Origin: Candidatus Fermentibacterota bacterium
GTDB taxonomy: Bacteria; Fermentibacterota; Fermentibacteria; Fermentibacterales; JCC-6
NCBI GenBank assembly: GCA_003646025.1
Contig: QNDR01000001.1
Location: 3,837 to 67,836, forward strand
Direction: 5' to 3'
DNA length: 64,000 bases
Shown here: in pieces, positions 17,924-25,896 of the stretch
Layout of the letters: every line of letters begins with the position of its first letter
Numbering within the stretch: the stretch's first letter is position 1
Translations under genes and position numbers: made by a program
The notes under the pieces: generated by a model
What the model was told of the DNA's origin: nothing
The model's input: the letters and a program-made list of their open reading frames with translations, nothing else
The model's database searches: none

Positions 17924-18179
17924 CACATTCATGGTTATTCTTTTTGTGCTTATCGGTGGAGGGCTGTTCCTGGCTTTTCTTCGCCTGATTCTTGGCACAA
18001 AGGCAACAGACAGAGCTGTCGCTCTTGATACAACAACACTGATTACAACAGGATTTCTTGTGCTTGTCGCCTTTCTTCAGGGAAGGTCTATGCTTCTTGA
18101 TGTTGCCCTGGTTTATTCCGTCCTTTCTTTTCTTGGTGTTCTGGCCGTCGCCAGGTATCTCGACGGGGGGCTGAGATGA
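17892..18179 (+). CDS. Mrp subunit F-like (MbxB equivalent)
   Basis: MnhF motif LRLILGTKATDRAVALDTTTLI. The start is either TTG at 17892 or ATG at 17931. Confidence 0.75.
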   Translation: MQEDWRRSLSNTFMVILFVLIGGGLFLAFLRLILGTKATDRAVALDTTTLITTGFLVLVAFLQGRSMLLDVALVYSVLSFLGVLAVARYLDGGLR

Positions 18180-18511
18180 GTTTCACATTTATACTGGCTC
18201 ATGTGCTCACCGGACTGGGGGCATTGTTCCTTTTCGCCAGTGGTGTCGGGGTATTCAGAATGCCGGATGTTTTCAACAAGATGCATGCCGGTACGAAGGC
18301 TACTACTCTGGGCTCTATTCTGTTTCTTTCCGGACTGGGTCTTTTTGAGCCGTCATGGCTGCCGAAACTTCTTCTGGTTGCTGTTTTTATCGTTCTTACA
18401 AATCCGGTGTCCAGCCATGCTCTTGCAAGGGCCGCCCACAACGATGCATCTGAAAAGCCGGACAATCTGGTTATTGATGACCTTGAAGAGAGCAAGGGGG
18501 AAGAACAGTGA
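18176..18511 (+). CDS. Mrp subunit G-like (MbxC equivalent)
   Basis: MnhG motif FRMPDVFNKMHAGTKATTLG; overlaps its neighbours by 4 nt. Confidence 0.8.
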   Translation: MSFTFILAHVLTGLGALFLFASGVGVFRMPDVFNKMHAGTKATTLGSILFLSGLGLFEPSWLPKLLLVAVFIVLTNPVSSHALARAAHNDASEKPDNLVIDDLEESKGEEQ

Positions 18512-18759
18512 ATATGTCTTTGTTTGCTGCAGCTTCCATCGGTACAGGTGTAATGATGATAGTTGCTGCGGTTGCCGCTCTGATAGTGAAAAAACTGATT
18601 TCAGCCATTATCATCGTGGGCTTTGTAAGCCTTTCTGCATCGCTGCTTTTTCTTCTGATGGATGCGCCTGATGTGGCTATTACTGAAGCCAGCATCGGCG
18701 CTGCCATATCCACGGTTATTTTCCTCTGGGGAAGAGGAAAGATAGGAGGGGAACAATGA
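18508..18759 (+). CDS. small DUF4040/MnhB-N-terminal-like membrane subunit (MbxD equivalent)
   Basis: 83-aa two-TM protein in the operon position of MbxD/MbhD. Confidence 0.55.
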   Translation: MNMSLFAAASIGTGVMMIVAAVAALIVKKLISAIIIVGFVSLSASLLFLLMDAPDVAITEASIGAAISTVIFLWGRGKIGGEQ

Positions 18760-19445
18760 TACGCACCATCGTCGGGCTCGCAATTGTTCTTATCCTGATG
18801 GCTATTCTGATAACGGTTGTTGATGATTACACAGTTCCGTCCGCACTTTCAGGAGTGGGAGAATCGTACACAGAAACCGGAGTGGAGGATACTGGGTCTG
18901 TGAACCTTGTCACCGCTGTTGTGGTGGCTTACAGAGGGCTTGATACCCTGGGTGAAGTAGTGGTGCTTTTCAGCGCGTCCACCGCCGTTGTTCTTATCCT
19001 CACACTTATACCCATTGGTTCCGGGCCAACCCCTCCAAGCTCTATTGTTTCGTTCACTGCCGGTATTCTGCCGTCGGCGATCATTCTGTTCGGCATTTAC
19101 ATCATAACCCACGGGCATCTCAGTCCAGGTGGAGGATTTCCCGGCGGTGCGGTGGTCGCTTCGGCATTTCTGCTTGTAATGCTGGGCAGCAACACTGTTC
19201 CCGGGAAATCAAAATTTCTTTCCTCTATTGAGTCTCTTGCAGGTCTTACCTTCGGTCTGCTCGGGTTCTGGGGCATGTTTGCTGCAGGGCAGTTTCTGAA
19301 CAACCTTGTTCTTCCTGCAGGCTCTCCGGGGAGAATAATATCAGCAGGTATTATTCCCCTTATTTCACTGGCCATAGGGGCTAAAGTCGCAAGCGAGTTG
19401 TCTGGGATATTTTCTTCCTACAGAAAAGCGGGAGGTGAGAAATGA
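18756..19445 (+). CDS. Mrp subunit B-like (MbxF equivalent)
   Basis: MnhB motif NLVTAVVVAYRGLDTLGEVVVL. Confidence 0.8.
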   Translation: MIRTIVGLAIVLILMAILITVVDDYTVPSALSGVGESYTETGVEDTGSVNLVTAVVVAYRGLDTLGEVVVLFSASTAVVLILTLIPIGSGPTPPSSIVSFTAGILPSAIILFGIYIITHGHLSPGGGFPGGAVVASAFLLVMLGSNTVPGKSKFLSSIESLAGLTFGLLGFWGMFAAGQFLNNLVLPAGSPGRIISAGIIPLISLAIGAKVASELSGIFSSYRKAGGEK

Positions 19446-19798
19446 GTGCAGAGTATCTGTTTTACTGGTCCATGGCTGCCACAGGTCTGGGATTGATTCT
19501 GATAGGCTTGTGGGGTGTTCTCACAAGAAAACACATACTGAGGATCGCTCTCGCATTTACACTCGCGGACACAGGGGTAAACCTGATCCTGGTTTGGAGT
19601 GGTTTTCTTCCCGGCCGTTCTGCTCCCATAGTTGATTCATCTGTGACCCAGATGGTTGATCCCCTTCCGCAGGCACTTGTTCTTACTTCCATAGTCATAG
19701 GTGTGGCTGTTGCTGCCCTGTTCGTTGTGGTTGGTGTGCTGGCCTCGCGTAAATCCGGCTCTGCCGATATTCGACACATGAAGGAGCTGAAATGGTAA
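19442..19798 (+). CDS. Mrp subunit C / NuoK-like (MbxG equivalent)
   Basis: MnhC/NuoK-like sequence ILRIALAFTLADTGVNLILVW. Confidence 0.8.
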   Translation: MSAEYLFYWSMAATGLGLILIGLWGVLTRKHILRIALAFTLADTGVNLILVWSGFLPGRSAPIVDSSVTQMVDPLPQALVLTSIVIGVAVAALFVVVGVLASRKSGSADIRHMKELKW

Positions 19799-22713
19799 AA
19801 GCACTGGCTGTATTTCTGCCTCTTCTGGGAGCCTTTGTTAACGCCTGGCTTCCTGGAAAACACCCGAAAGCGTCCCGGTTCGTAAGTTACATAATCCTCA
19901 CAGCCGGTCTGGGCTTTGTTGTAATGCTCTCTTTGCAGCTTGGAGCCTGGAACCTTGAAGACCTGTCAGATTCCGTGATATTTCATTCCGGTGTCGGGGT
20001 TCCTCCTCTCAGTATCAATCTGGAGATTACTGCCGGTGGAACGCTGGTTGCTATTGCAATGTACCTGGCGGTTATTTTCTCCATTCATCGTTTCGCTCTG
20101 CATACCCCGAAGAGTCAGCCGTTGATTCTCGCCATGCTCACTGCTTCGCTGGGATTGCTGTTTGCCACCGACATCTTTAATTCGTTTGTGTTCCTTGAAA
20201 TAGGATCAATTGCCACCATCGGTCTTACTGCTGCCTCAAAATGCGGCAGCCGCTGGGAAGCAGCAATAAAAGTTGCACTGGTCTCAGGTCTGGTTACAAT
20301 TCTGTACCTGCTGGCAGTGGCTGTTCTTTACCGATCCACAGGTATGCTTACGCTGCAGGCTCTGGGTACGCTTACAGGCGGATCGGCGGTTCTTGTATCA
20401 ATACTGCTGCTGACCGTGATAGTTACAGAGCTCAAGGCCTTTCCGCTTACAGGGTGGGGGCTTGATTTCTATCAGGGAGCAAGCTCTAATGTTGCCGGGC
20501 TGTACAGTGCAACATGGAGTCTTGCCGTTCTTATGTGGGCAGCCAGAGTTCTACCTCTTCTTCCAATTGGAAACCCGATTATCTATGCCTGGATTGGGGC
20601 TGGAGGACTTGTTTTAAGCCAGCTTGCAGGCCTCCGGGCAGGCAGTGCCGGCAGAATACTGGGTTATTCCACTTCCGCCTATGCATCGCTTCTTCTTGTT
20701 GCAGCCGGTACACTCACCGGCGCCTTTTACACGCAGACTGTACTGATCCTCATGGTTTTTTCTTCACTGGCGAAGTTCAGTCTGTTCATGCTTGGAAACC
20801 CATGGAAAAATCGGAGATGGAGCGGCTACGGAACTATCCTTATGCTTGCACCGGTACTGCTTCTGGCAGGGATTCCGCCGCTTCCGGTTTTCTGGGCGAA
20901 ATTTGCCTTCCTTGGATACCTTGCATCCAACTTTACTGTGATTTTTTATGCTGTGCTGGCAGGGTTGTTCCTGGAAGCTGTATACCTGTTCCGATTCTGG
21001 GCAGACAGATCAGAAAAAATCCAACTGAAACCCTTTTCAAAGCCGTCGGCCACAGCAGGAGTTTTTGTGATACTGATCGCGGCGGTCTGGATAACACGGC
21101 TGCTGTGGACTCAGCTTGATTTCTCTGGATCAATTGTAACTTCATCGACCCTGCGTGTTATTTTCCACGTTCTGTTCGGTGCTGGAACTCTGCTGTGTCT
21201 TCCCGGTGTATTCAACCGAATCGGCAGCGAGAGAAACTACTGGTTCTGGCTGCTTATATCCGGTGCTTCGCTTACGCTGCTTCCTGCTGCTGGTAACGGA
21301 ATTACGTTCTACATCCTGTGGGAGATCTCCGCTTTTGCAGCGGTTGTTGGTGTGAGTCGAGGTTCTGGAGCCAGGAACGGTGCTTTCTGGTACGCCGTTT
21401 TCGCTTCATTCTCCGGATATCTGCTTCTTGCCGGAATTCTTCTTTCAAGGGGAAGTTTTGTAATGGCAGGGTTGCCTGCACTGCTGATGACACTGGCAGC
21501 GCTGGTTAAACTCGGACAGTTTGGAACACACCTCTGGAATGTAAGAACATATCCAGCGGCTCCAGGAACCATGCCTGCCTACCTTTCCGGAACTGCATCC
21601 AAAGCAGCAGTTCTTCTTTTAGTGGCAGTAGCTCTAAACGCCACAGGCGGCGCTCTTCCGTGGGGAAGGGTTATGGCCTGGGCAGGTGCTCTTACGGCAC
21701 TGGCCGGCGCTGTACTTGCCGCACTTGCTCCCGATTACAAGAAGCTGCTTGCCTATGCCAGTGTTTCCCAGATCGGATACATCCTGGTCGGGCTTGGGCT
21801 TGCAAGCATTTTGGGCTGGACTGCAGCTATTTATCACACAATACACCACATGATATTCAAGATGGCTCTCTTTCTGGGGGCTGCCAGCGTACTTTACAGA
21901 ACAGGCACAACCAGGTTTAACAATCTGGGAGGTCTTGTGAAAAAGATGCCCTTGACATTCGCATTTACGCTTATTGCCGTGATTTCCTTTGCCGGAGTAC
22001 CACCTCTTGCCGGTTTTGGTGGCAAGTGGCTTCTTTACAACGGACTGATCGAAGCAGGCTGGCTGCCGATTCTGATAGTGGCAATGTTTGCTTCAGTTGT
22101 AGCATTCCTCTACTCATACCGGTTGCTTCACGGGGTATTTCTCGGTCAGCTTTCACCTAAAAATGCCCACGCAAAGGAAGCTCCCCTCACCCTTTTGCTT
22201 CCTCAGGGTCTTCTTGCCGCATCCATAATGGTTCTTGGCTTCAAGCCAACACTGCTTCTTAACATCCTTGTCCCGGTGTTGAAGGCTATCCCGGGTCTTT
22301 CCGGGCTGGCACCGGTCATACAGGGAGACATGGTTCTCACCACAATGGGAACCTGGAATGCCTGGATGGTTGGTATTATGGTGATGGTTGTGTTTGGAAT
22401 TGCTTTCGTGTTCTACTGGATATCCGGCCACAAGCCGAAGTATGTAGGGCAGCTGGATATTGGTTTTGCAGGTGAGATGCCTCCCTCCGCTGATGAGGTT
22501 CACTATTCAAACAACTTTTACAGGCCTTATGAAAGGGCACTTGCCTTCCTTCCCAGAATACATGCGGAAAAACTATTCCACGGGGTAAGTAAGACCTTCA
22601 GTATGCTGGGTGACGGGGTGAGGATGCTGTTCACCGGCGACGGCAGAACGTATCTGGCTCATTCCCTGCTTTTCCTGGTGCTTCTGTTCGTGTTTCTGAA
22701 TGGAGGGATGTAA
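19792..22713 (+). CDS. fused tandem antiporter-like subunits (MrpD/NuoN-like x2; MbxH+H' equivalent), 973 aa
   Basis: Two successive NuoL/M/N-type modules. The second carries YASVSQIGYILVGLGL and HHMIFKMALFLGA. RBS AAGGAG sits 5 nt before ATG at 19792. Confidence 0.8.
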   Translation: MVKALAVFLPLLGAFVNAWLPGKHPKASRFVSYIILTAGLGFVVMLSLQLGAWNLEDLSDSVIFHSGVGVPPLSINLEITAGGTLVAIAMYLAVIFSIHRFALHTPKSQPLILAMLTASLGLLFATDIFNSFVFLEIGSIATIGLTAASKCGSRWEAAIKVALVSGLVTILYLLAVAVLYRSTGMLTLQALGTLTGGSAVLVSILLLTVIVTELKAFPLTGWGLDFYQGASSNVAGLYSATWSLAVLMWAARVLPLLPIGNPIIYAWIGAGGLVLSQLAGLRAGSAGRILGYSTSAYASLLLVAAGTLTGAFYTQTVLILMVFSSLAKFSLFMLGNPWKNRRWSGYGTILMLAPVLLLAGIPPLPVFWAKFAFLGYLASNFTVIFYAVLAGLFLEAVYLFRFWADRSEKIQLKPFSKPSATAGVFVILIAAVWITRLLWTQLDFSGSIVTSSTLRVIFHVLFGAGTLLCLPGVFNRIGSERNYWFWLLISGASLTLLPAAGNGITFYILWEISAFAAVVGVSRGSGARNGAFWYAVFASFSGYLLLAGILLSRGSFVMAGLPALLMTLAALVKLGQFGTHLWNVRTYPAAPGTMPAYLSGTASKAAVLLLVAVALNATGGALPWGRVMAWAGALTALAGAVLAALAPDYKKLLAYASVSQIGYILVGLGLASILGWTAAIYHTIHHMIFKMALFLGAASVLYRTGTTRFNNLGGLVKKMPLTFAFTLIAVISFAGVPPLAGFGGKWLLYNGLIEAGWLPILIVAMFASVVAFLYSYRLLHGVFLGQLSPKNAHAKEAPLTLLLPQGLLAASIMVLGFKPTLLLNILVPVLKAIPGLSGLAPVIQGDMVLTTMGTWNAWMVGIMVMVVFGIAFVFYWISGHKPKYVGQLDIGFAGEMPPSADEVHYSNNFYRPYERALAFLPRIHAEKLFHGVSKTFSMLGDGVRMLFTGDGRTYLAHSLLFLVLLFVFLNGGM

Positions 22714-23617
22714 AATGTTGTCCAACATAATGTCTATTCTCCTGACAGTTGTTACCGCCCTGGTGTGGGGTCTGCTTCTTGGAGGAATTTCCAGGAATGT
22801 AACCGCGAAGATTCACGGCAGGGTTGGTCCGCGAGTTACCCAGAACTTCATTGATCTTTGGAAGCTCTTCAGAAAAACTTCGTCTATTCATCATGGAGGA
22901 ATGTTCTGGATGGCTCCCCTGTTCAGAATAACAGGAGCGATTGCAGTGCTGCTCATGGTTCCTGTGGTCGTGGGTCACAACATTAACTACAACATGTCTT
23001 TTGCCGGAGACATCTTCCTTCTTCTTTACATCATGTTCTTCGGTTGTCTGGGAATGGCTCTTGGAGCCGGAAATTCCGGTCATCCATACTCTGTGGTAGC
23101 AATAAGCCGCGGACTTGCTCAGATGTCATCCTACGAGCTTTCATTCTCCATTGCTGTAGTGGCAGTTGCCGTAGGTCTGCATACTCTGAGAATAGAGGGA
23201 ATTGTTGCTGCCCAGCAGGCGGGTGTTTCAAGCTGGAACATATTCAGGTTTCCTTTCGCGTCCGCCGGCGCGCTGATTGCTTTTCTTCCCATGCAGATGG
23301 CGTATCCTTTCAGTATTGTACTGGCCCCGCAGGAGATACCTATTGGTCCTCCAACAGAGTACAGCAGCAGATTTCTGTCTTTCATGTTCAGTGGGAGGGC
23401 ACTGTTCAGCGTGGCCAAACTGCTGTTGTTTGTAAATCTTTTCTTTGGCGGTGCTTCCAGCTGGATGGCGCTGTTCGTTAAGACTTTCCTTCTTTACATG
23501 TATGCGATCGTAGTGAGTTCGGTATTTCCAAGATTCAGAACAGAGCAGAGCATTAAATTCCTCTGGCTTGTTCCCACTACTCTGGCTCTCGTGGACCTTG
23601 TCCGCGTGATGCTTTAG
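22700..23617 (+). CDS. NuoH-like membrane subunit (MbxM/MbhM equivalent)
   Basis: N-terminal AKIHGRVGPRVTQNFIDLWKLFRK resembles the NuoH/HyfC/MbhM loop; about 8 TM segments. Confidence 0.7.
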   Translation: MEGCKMLSNIMSILLTVVTALVWGLLLGGISRNVTAKIHGRVGPRVTQNFIDLWKLFRKTSSIHHGGMFWMAPLFRITGAIAVLLMVPVVVGHNINYNMSFAGDIFLLLYIMFFGCLGMALGAGNSGHPYSVVAISRGLAQMSSYELSFSIAVVAVAVGLHTLRIEGIVAAQQAGVSSWNIFRFPFASAGALIAFLPMQMAYPFSIVLAPQEIPIGPPTEYSSRFLSFMFSGRALFSVAKLLLFVNLFFGGASSWMALFVKTFLLYMYAIVVSSVFPRFRTEQSIKFLWLVPTTLALVDLVRVML

Positions 23618-23626
23618 GAGGCTGTG

Positions 23627-24190
23627 ATGTACTGTAATCAACCACCGAAGAAGCCGGGAGACAAAAAAGAGGTTCTTCAGAAGATCACCAACATGGCCCG
23701 GGCAAACAGCCTGTGGGTCACCGCCTACGGTACAGGCTGCGGCTCCATCGAGCTCCGGCCTCTGGGCACTTCAAGGTTTGACATGGAGCGGTTCGGGATA
23801 GCCATGCGGCCAACTCCAAGGCAGGCGGATGTGCTGATCATCTCCGGGTATCTGGCAACAAAAACCCTGAAGAGAGTGATCAGAGTTTACGAGCAGATCC
23901 AGGATCCCAAGTACATCATGGCCCTCGGCTCATGCACCATCAACGGCGGAATGTATTTTGATTCCTACAACACACTGAATGTTCTGGACAAGTACCTTCC
24001 GGTGGATGTGTATGTCATGGGATGTATGCCAAGACCGGAGGCTATAATTGATGGTTTCAGTCTGCTGATGAAGAAGATAAAGGAAGGCAGAGCTGTGGGC
24101 TGGAAGCACTACAGGGAAAATTTGGATTACTACCGGGAAAACCAGAAACAGATCATCAAAAACTGGGACCTTCCCGATTACAACTGGTAA
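23627..24190 (+). CDS. NuoB / [NiFe]-hydrogenase small-subunit-like protein (MbxJ equivalent)
   Basis: Candidate proximal-cluster Cys ligands: GTGCGSIELRP, LGSCTINGG and VMGCMPRPE. RBS AGGAGG precedes the GTG-ATG at 23624-23629. Confidence 0.8.
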   Translation: MYCNQPPKKPGDKKEVLQKITNMARANSLWVTAYGTGCGSIELRPLGTSRFDMERFGIAMRPTPRQADVLIISGYLATKTLKRVIRVYEQIQDPKYIMALGSCTINGGMYFDSYNTLNVLDKYLPVDVYVMGCMPRPEAIIDGFSLLMKKIKEGRAVGWKHYRENLDYYRENQKQIIKNWDLPDYNW

Positions 24191-24201
24191 GGGGTGAGAA
24201 T

Positions 24202-24765
24202 ATGATTGACAAAGTAAAAAAAGAGCTGGAAATCCGTTTCCCCTTACTGAAGCTGGTAAGAGAGCAGCATAACTACCTGCATATAAAGGTAGACAAAGCT
24301 GCTGCCGCAGACGCGGTGCTTACGGCTAAAACCAGTCTGGGTTTTACTACTCTTCAGCTGATAAGCGCGGTAGACAGAATAGAAAACGGAGCGTTTCAGT
24401 TGACCTGGATACTGGAAAACTACGATGAGCAGGAAATCCTTCTTATCAGTGCCTACTTTCCAAGGAAAAACTGCGTTGTTCCTTCTTTGAGTCAAATCTG
24501 GCCGGCTGCCAGTGCTTTCGAGCGTGAACTTTTCGAAATGTTTGGAATCAGTTTTCCCGGTAATCCCAGGGAGGGCGAAGACTTCCTGCTGGAAGGCTGG
24601 AAAGACATGCCGCCTATGCGGAGAGATTTTGAAACAGAAGAATACGCTAGAAGAACATTTGGCGAGCGGCAGCCCAGGGAGCACACAGACCCGAGACAGT
24701 ACATCGGAGATGTGGTTGGTGAATGGAATACTCCCATGGGACGCAACAGAGAGGAGGAAAAATAA
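24202..24765 (+). CDS. NuoC (30 kDa)-like subunit (MbxK equivalent)
   Basis: ERELFEMFGISFPGNP matches the NuoC signature. Confidence 0.8.
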   Translation: MIDKVKKELEIRFPLLKLVREQHNYLHIKVDKAAAADAVLTAKTSLGFTTLQLISAVDRIENGAFQLTWILENYDEQEILLISAYFPRKNCVVPSLSQIWPAASAFERELFEMFGISFPGNPREGEDFLLEGWKDMPPMRRDFETEEYARRTFGERQPREHTDPRQYIGDVVGEWNTPMGRNREEEK

Positions 24766-25889
24766 TGGGTGTTAACCCGGCAACAGATCCGAAAAAAACC
24801 ACCCATCTCTTCTTTGGTCCGCAGCATCCCGGCGTAACCGGTAACATGAGTGTTGAAATGTGGTTTGACGGAGATCAGGTAACAAAGGCAATAACCCATG
24901 TTGGATATCTCCACAGAGGTTTTGAAAAGCTCATGGAGAAAAGGCTCTGGATACAGAACTTTCCTCTTGTGTGCAGAATCTGTGTTCCGGAACCGGACAT
25001 AAATGAGGAGTGCTACGCCCTGGCAATTGAAGAGCTTGCAGGAATAAAAGTACCGGAAAGGGCAAAGTGGATAAGAACTCTTGTTCTTGAAATGGCGAGA
25101 CTTGCAATGAATCTTATGGCGTTCGGGGGCCAGGCTGGTACTTTGGGACTCGGAACAGGAGCCATGTGGGGTATTACATTCAGAGACTTTATTCTCGATC
25201 TGTTTGAAGAACTCACTGGCGCCAGAGTTTATCACATCTATATCCAGCCTGGAGGCGTCAGACGCGATCTGCCCCGGGGATTCAGGAAGCGTGTTCACCT
25301 TGTTCTGAACAAGATTGAAGAGAGACTTCCCGAGTTTGATCGATTGATACTGAACAACGCAGTTTTCAAATTAAGAACGAAAGGCATAGGCGCTGTAAAA
25401 CCGGAGTGGATAGAGGAGTACGGTCTTGTTGGACCTGTTGCCAGAGGCAGCGGTTCAGTACGGGATGTAAGAAAAGACGCTCCCTACGAAATCTACGACA
25501 AGCTTGATTTCGATGTGGTTACTGAAACAGGCAGCGACATATACGCCAGAGCAATGGTCAGAAGAAGGGAAATCGAGCTCAGTATCTCGCTTATCAGACA
25601 GATCGTGGGAGGAATACCGCCAGGACCTGTTGCGACGAAATTACCCAATCTTACCGAGTGGAGAGTACCTGCAGGTGAGTACTATTCCCGCGTGGAATCT
25701 TCCCGTGGTGAGTATGGCTACTACGTGGTTAGTGACGGGTCTCTCAAACCGAGAAGGGTGCATGTGCGTGGGCCTTCATACGTGCACGCAGTTCCCCTCC
25801 TTGAGAGGATGCTGATTGGGGCCAACATAGCCGATGTTTCGAACATCATGGTAAGTCTCACCACCTGTCCGCCGGAAATAGAGAGGTAG
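24765..25889 (+). CDS. NuoD / [NiFe]-hydrogenase large-subunit homologue with degenerate metal-site motifs (MbxL/MbsL-like)
   Basis: Carries HRGFEKLME and YIQPGGV. The N-terminal motif reads LVCRICVPEPD where hydrogenases have RxCGxCxxxH. The C-terminus reads LTTCPPEIER where hydrogenases have DPCxxCxxH. Strong RBS GAGGAGG precedes ATG at 24765, which overlaps the nuoC-like stop. Confidence 0.8.
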   Translation: MGVNPATDPKKTTHLFFGPQHPGVTGNMSVEMWFDGDQVTKAITHVGYLHRGFEKLMEKRLWIQNFPLVCRICVPEPDINEECYALAIEELAGIKVPERAKWIRTLVLEMARLAMNLMAFGGQAGTLGLGTGAMWGITFRDFILDLFEELTGARVYHIYIQPGGVRRDLPRGFRKRVHLVLNKIEERLPEFDRLILNNAVFKLRTKGIGAVKPEWIEEYGLVGPVARGSGSVRDVRKDAPYEIYDKLDFDVVTETGSDIYARAMVRRREIELSISLIRQIVGGIPPGPVATKLPNLTEWRVPAGEYYSRVESSRGEYGYYVVSDGSLKPRRVHVRGPSYVHAVPLLERMLIGANIADVSNIMVSLTTCPPEIER

Positions 25890-25896
25890 GAAACTT

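Noticed and set aside
24765-25889. Calling the NuoD-like subunit a bona fide [NiFe] hydrogenase large subunit.
   Set aside because: Two of the four metal-ligand Cys positions appear to be Glu, and no hyp/hyc maturation genes are in the window, so it is annotated as hydrogenase-related, not a hydrogenase.
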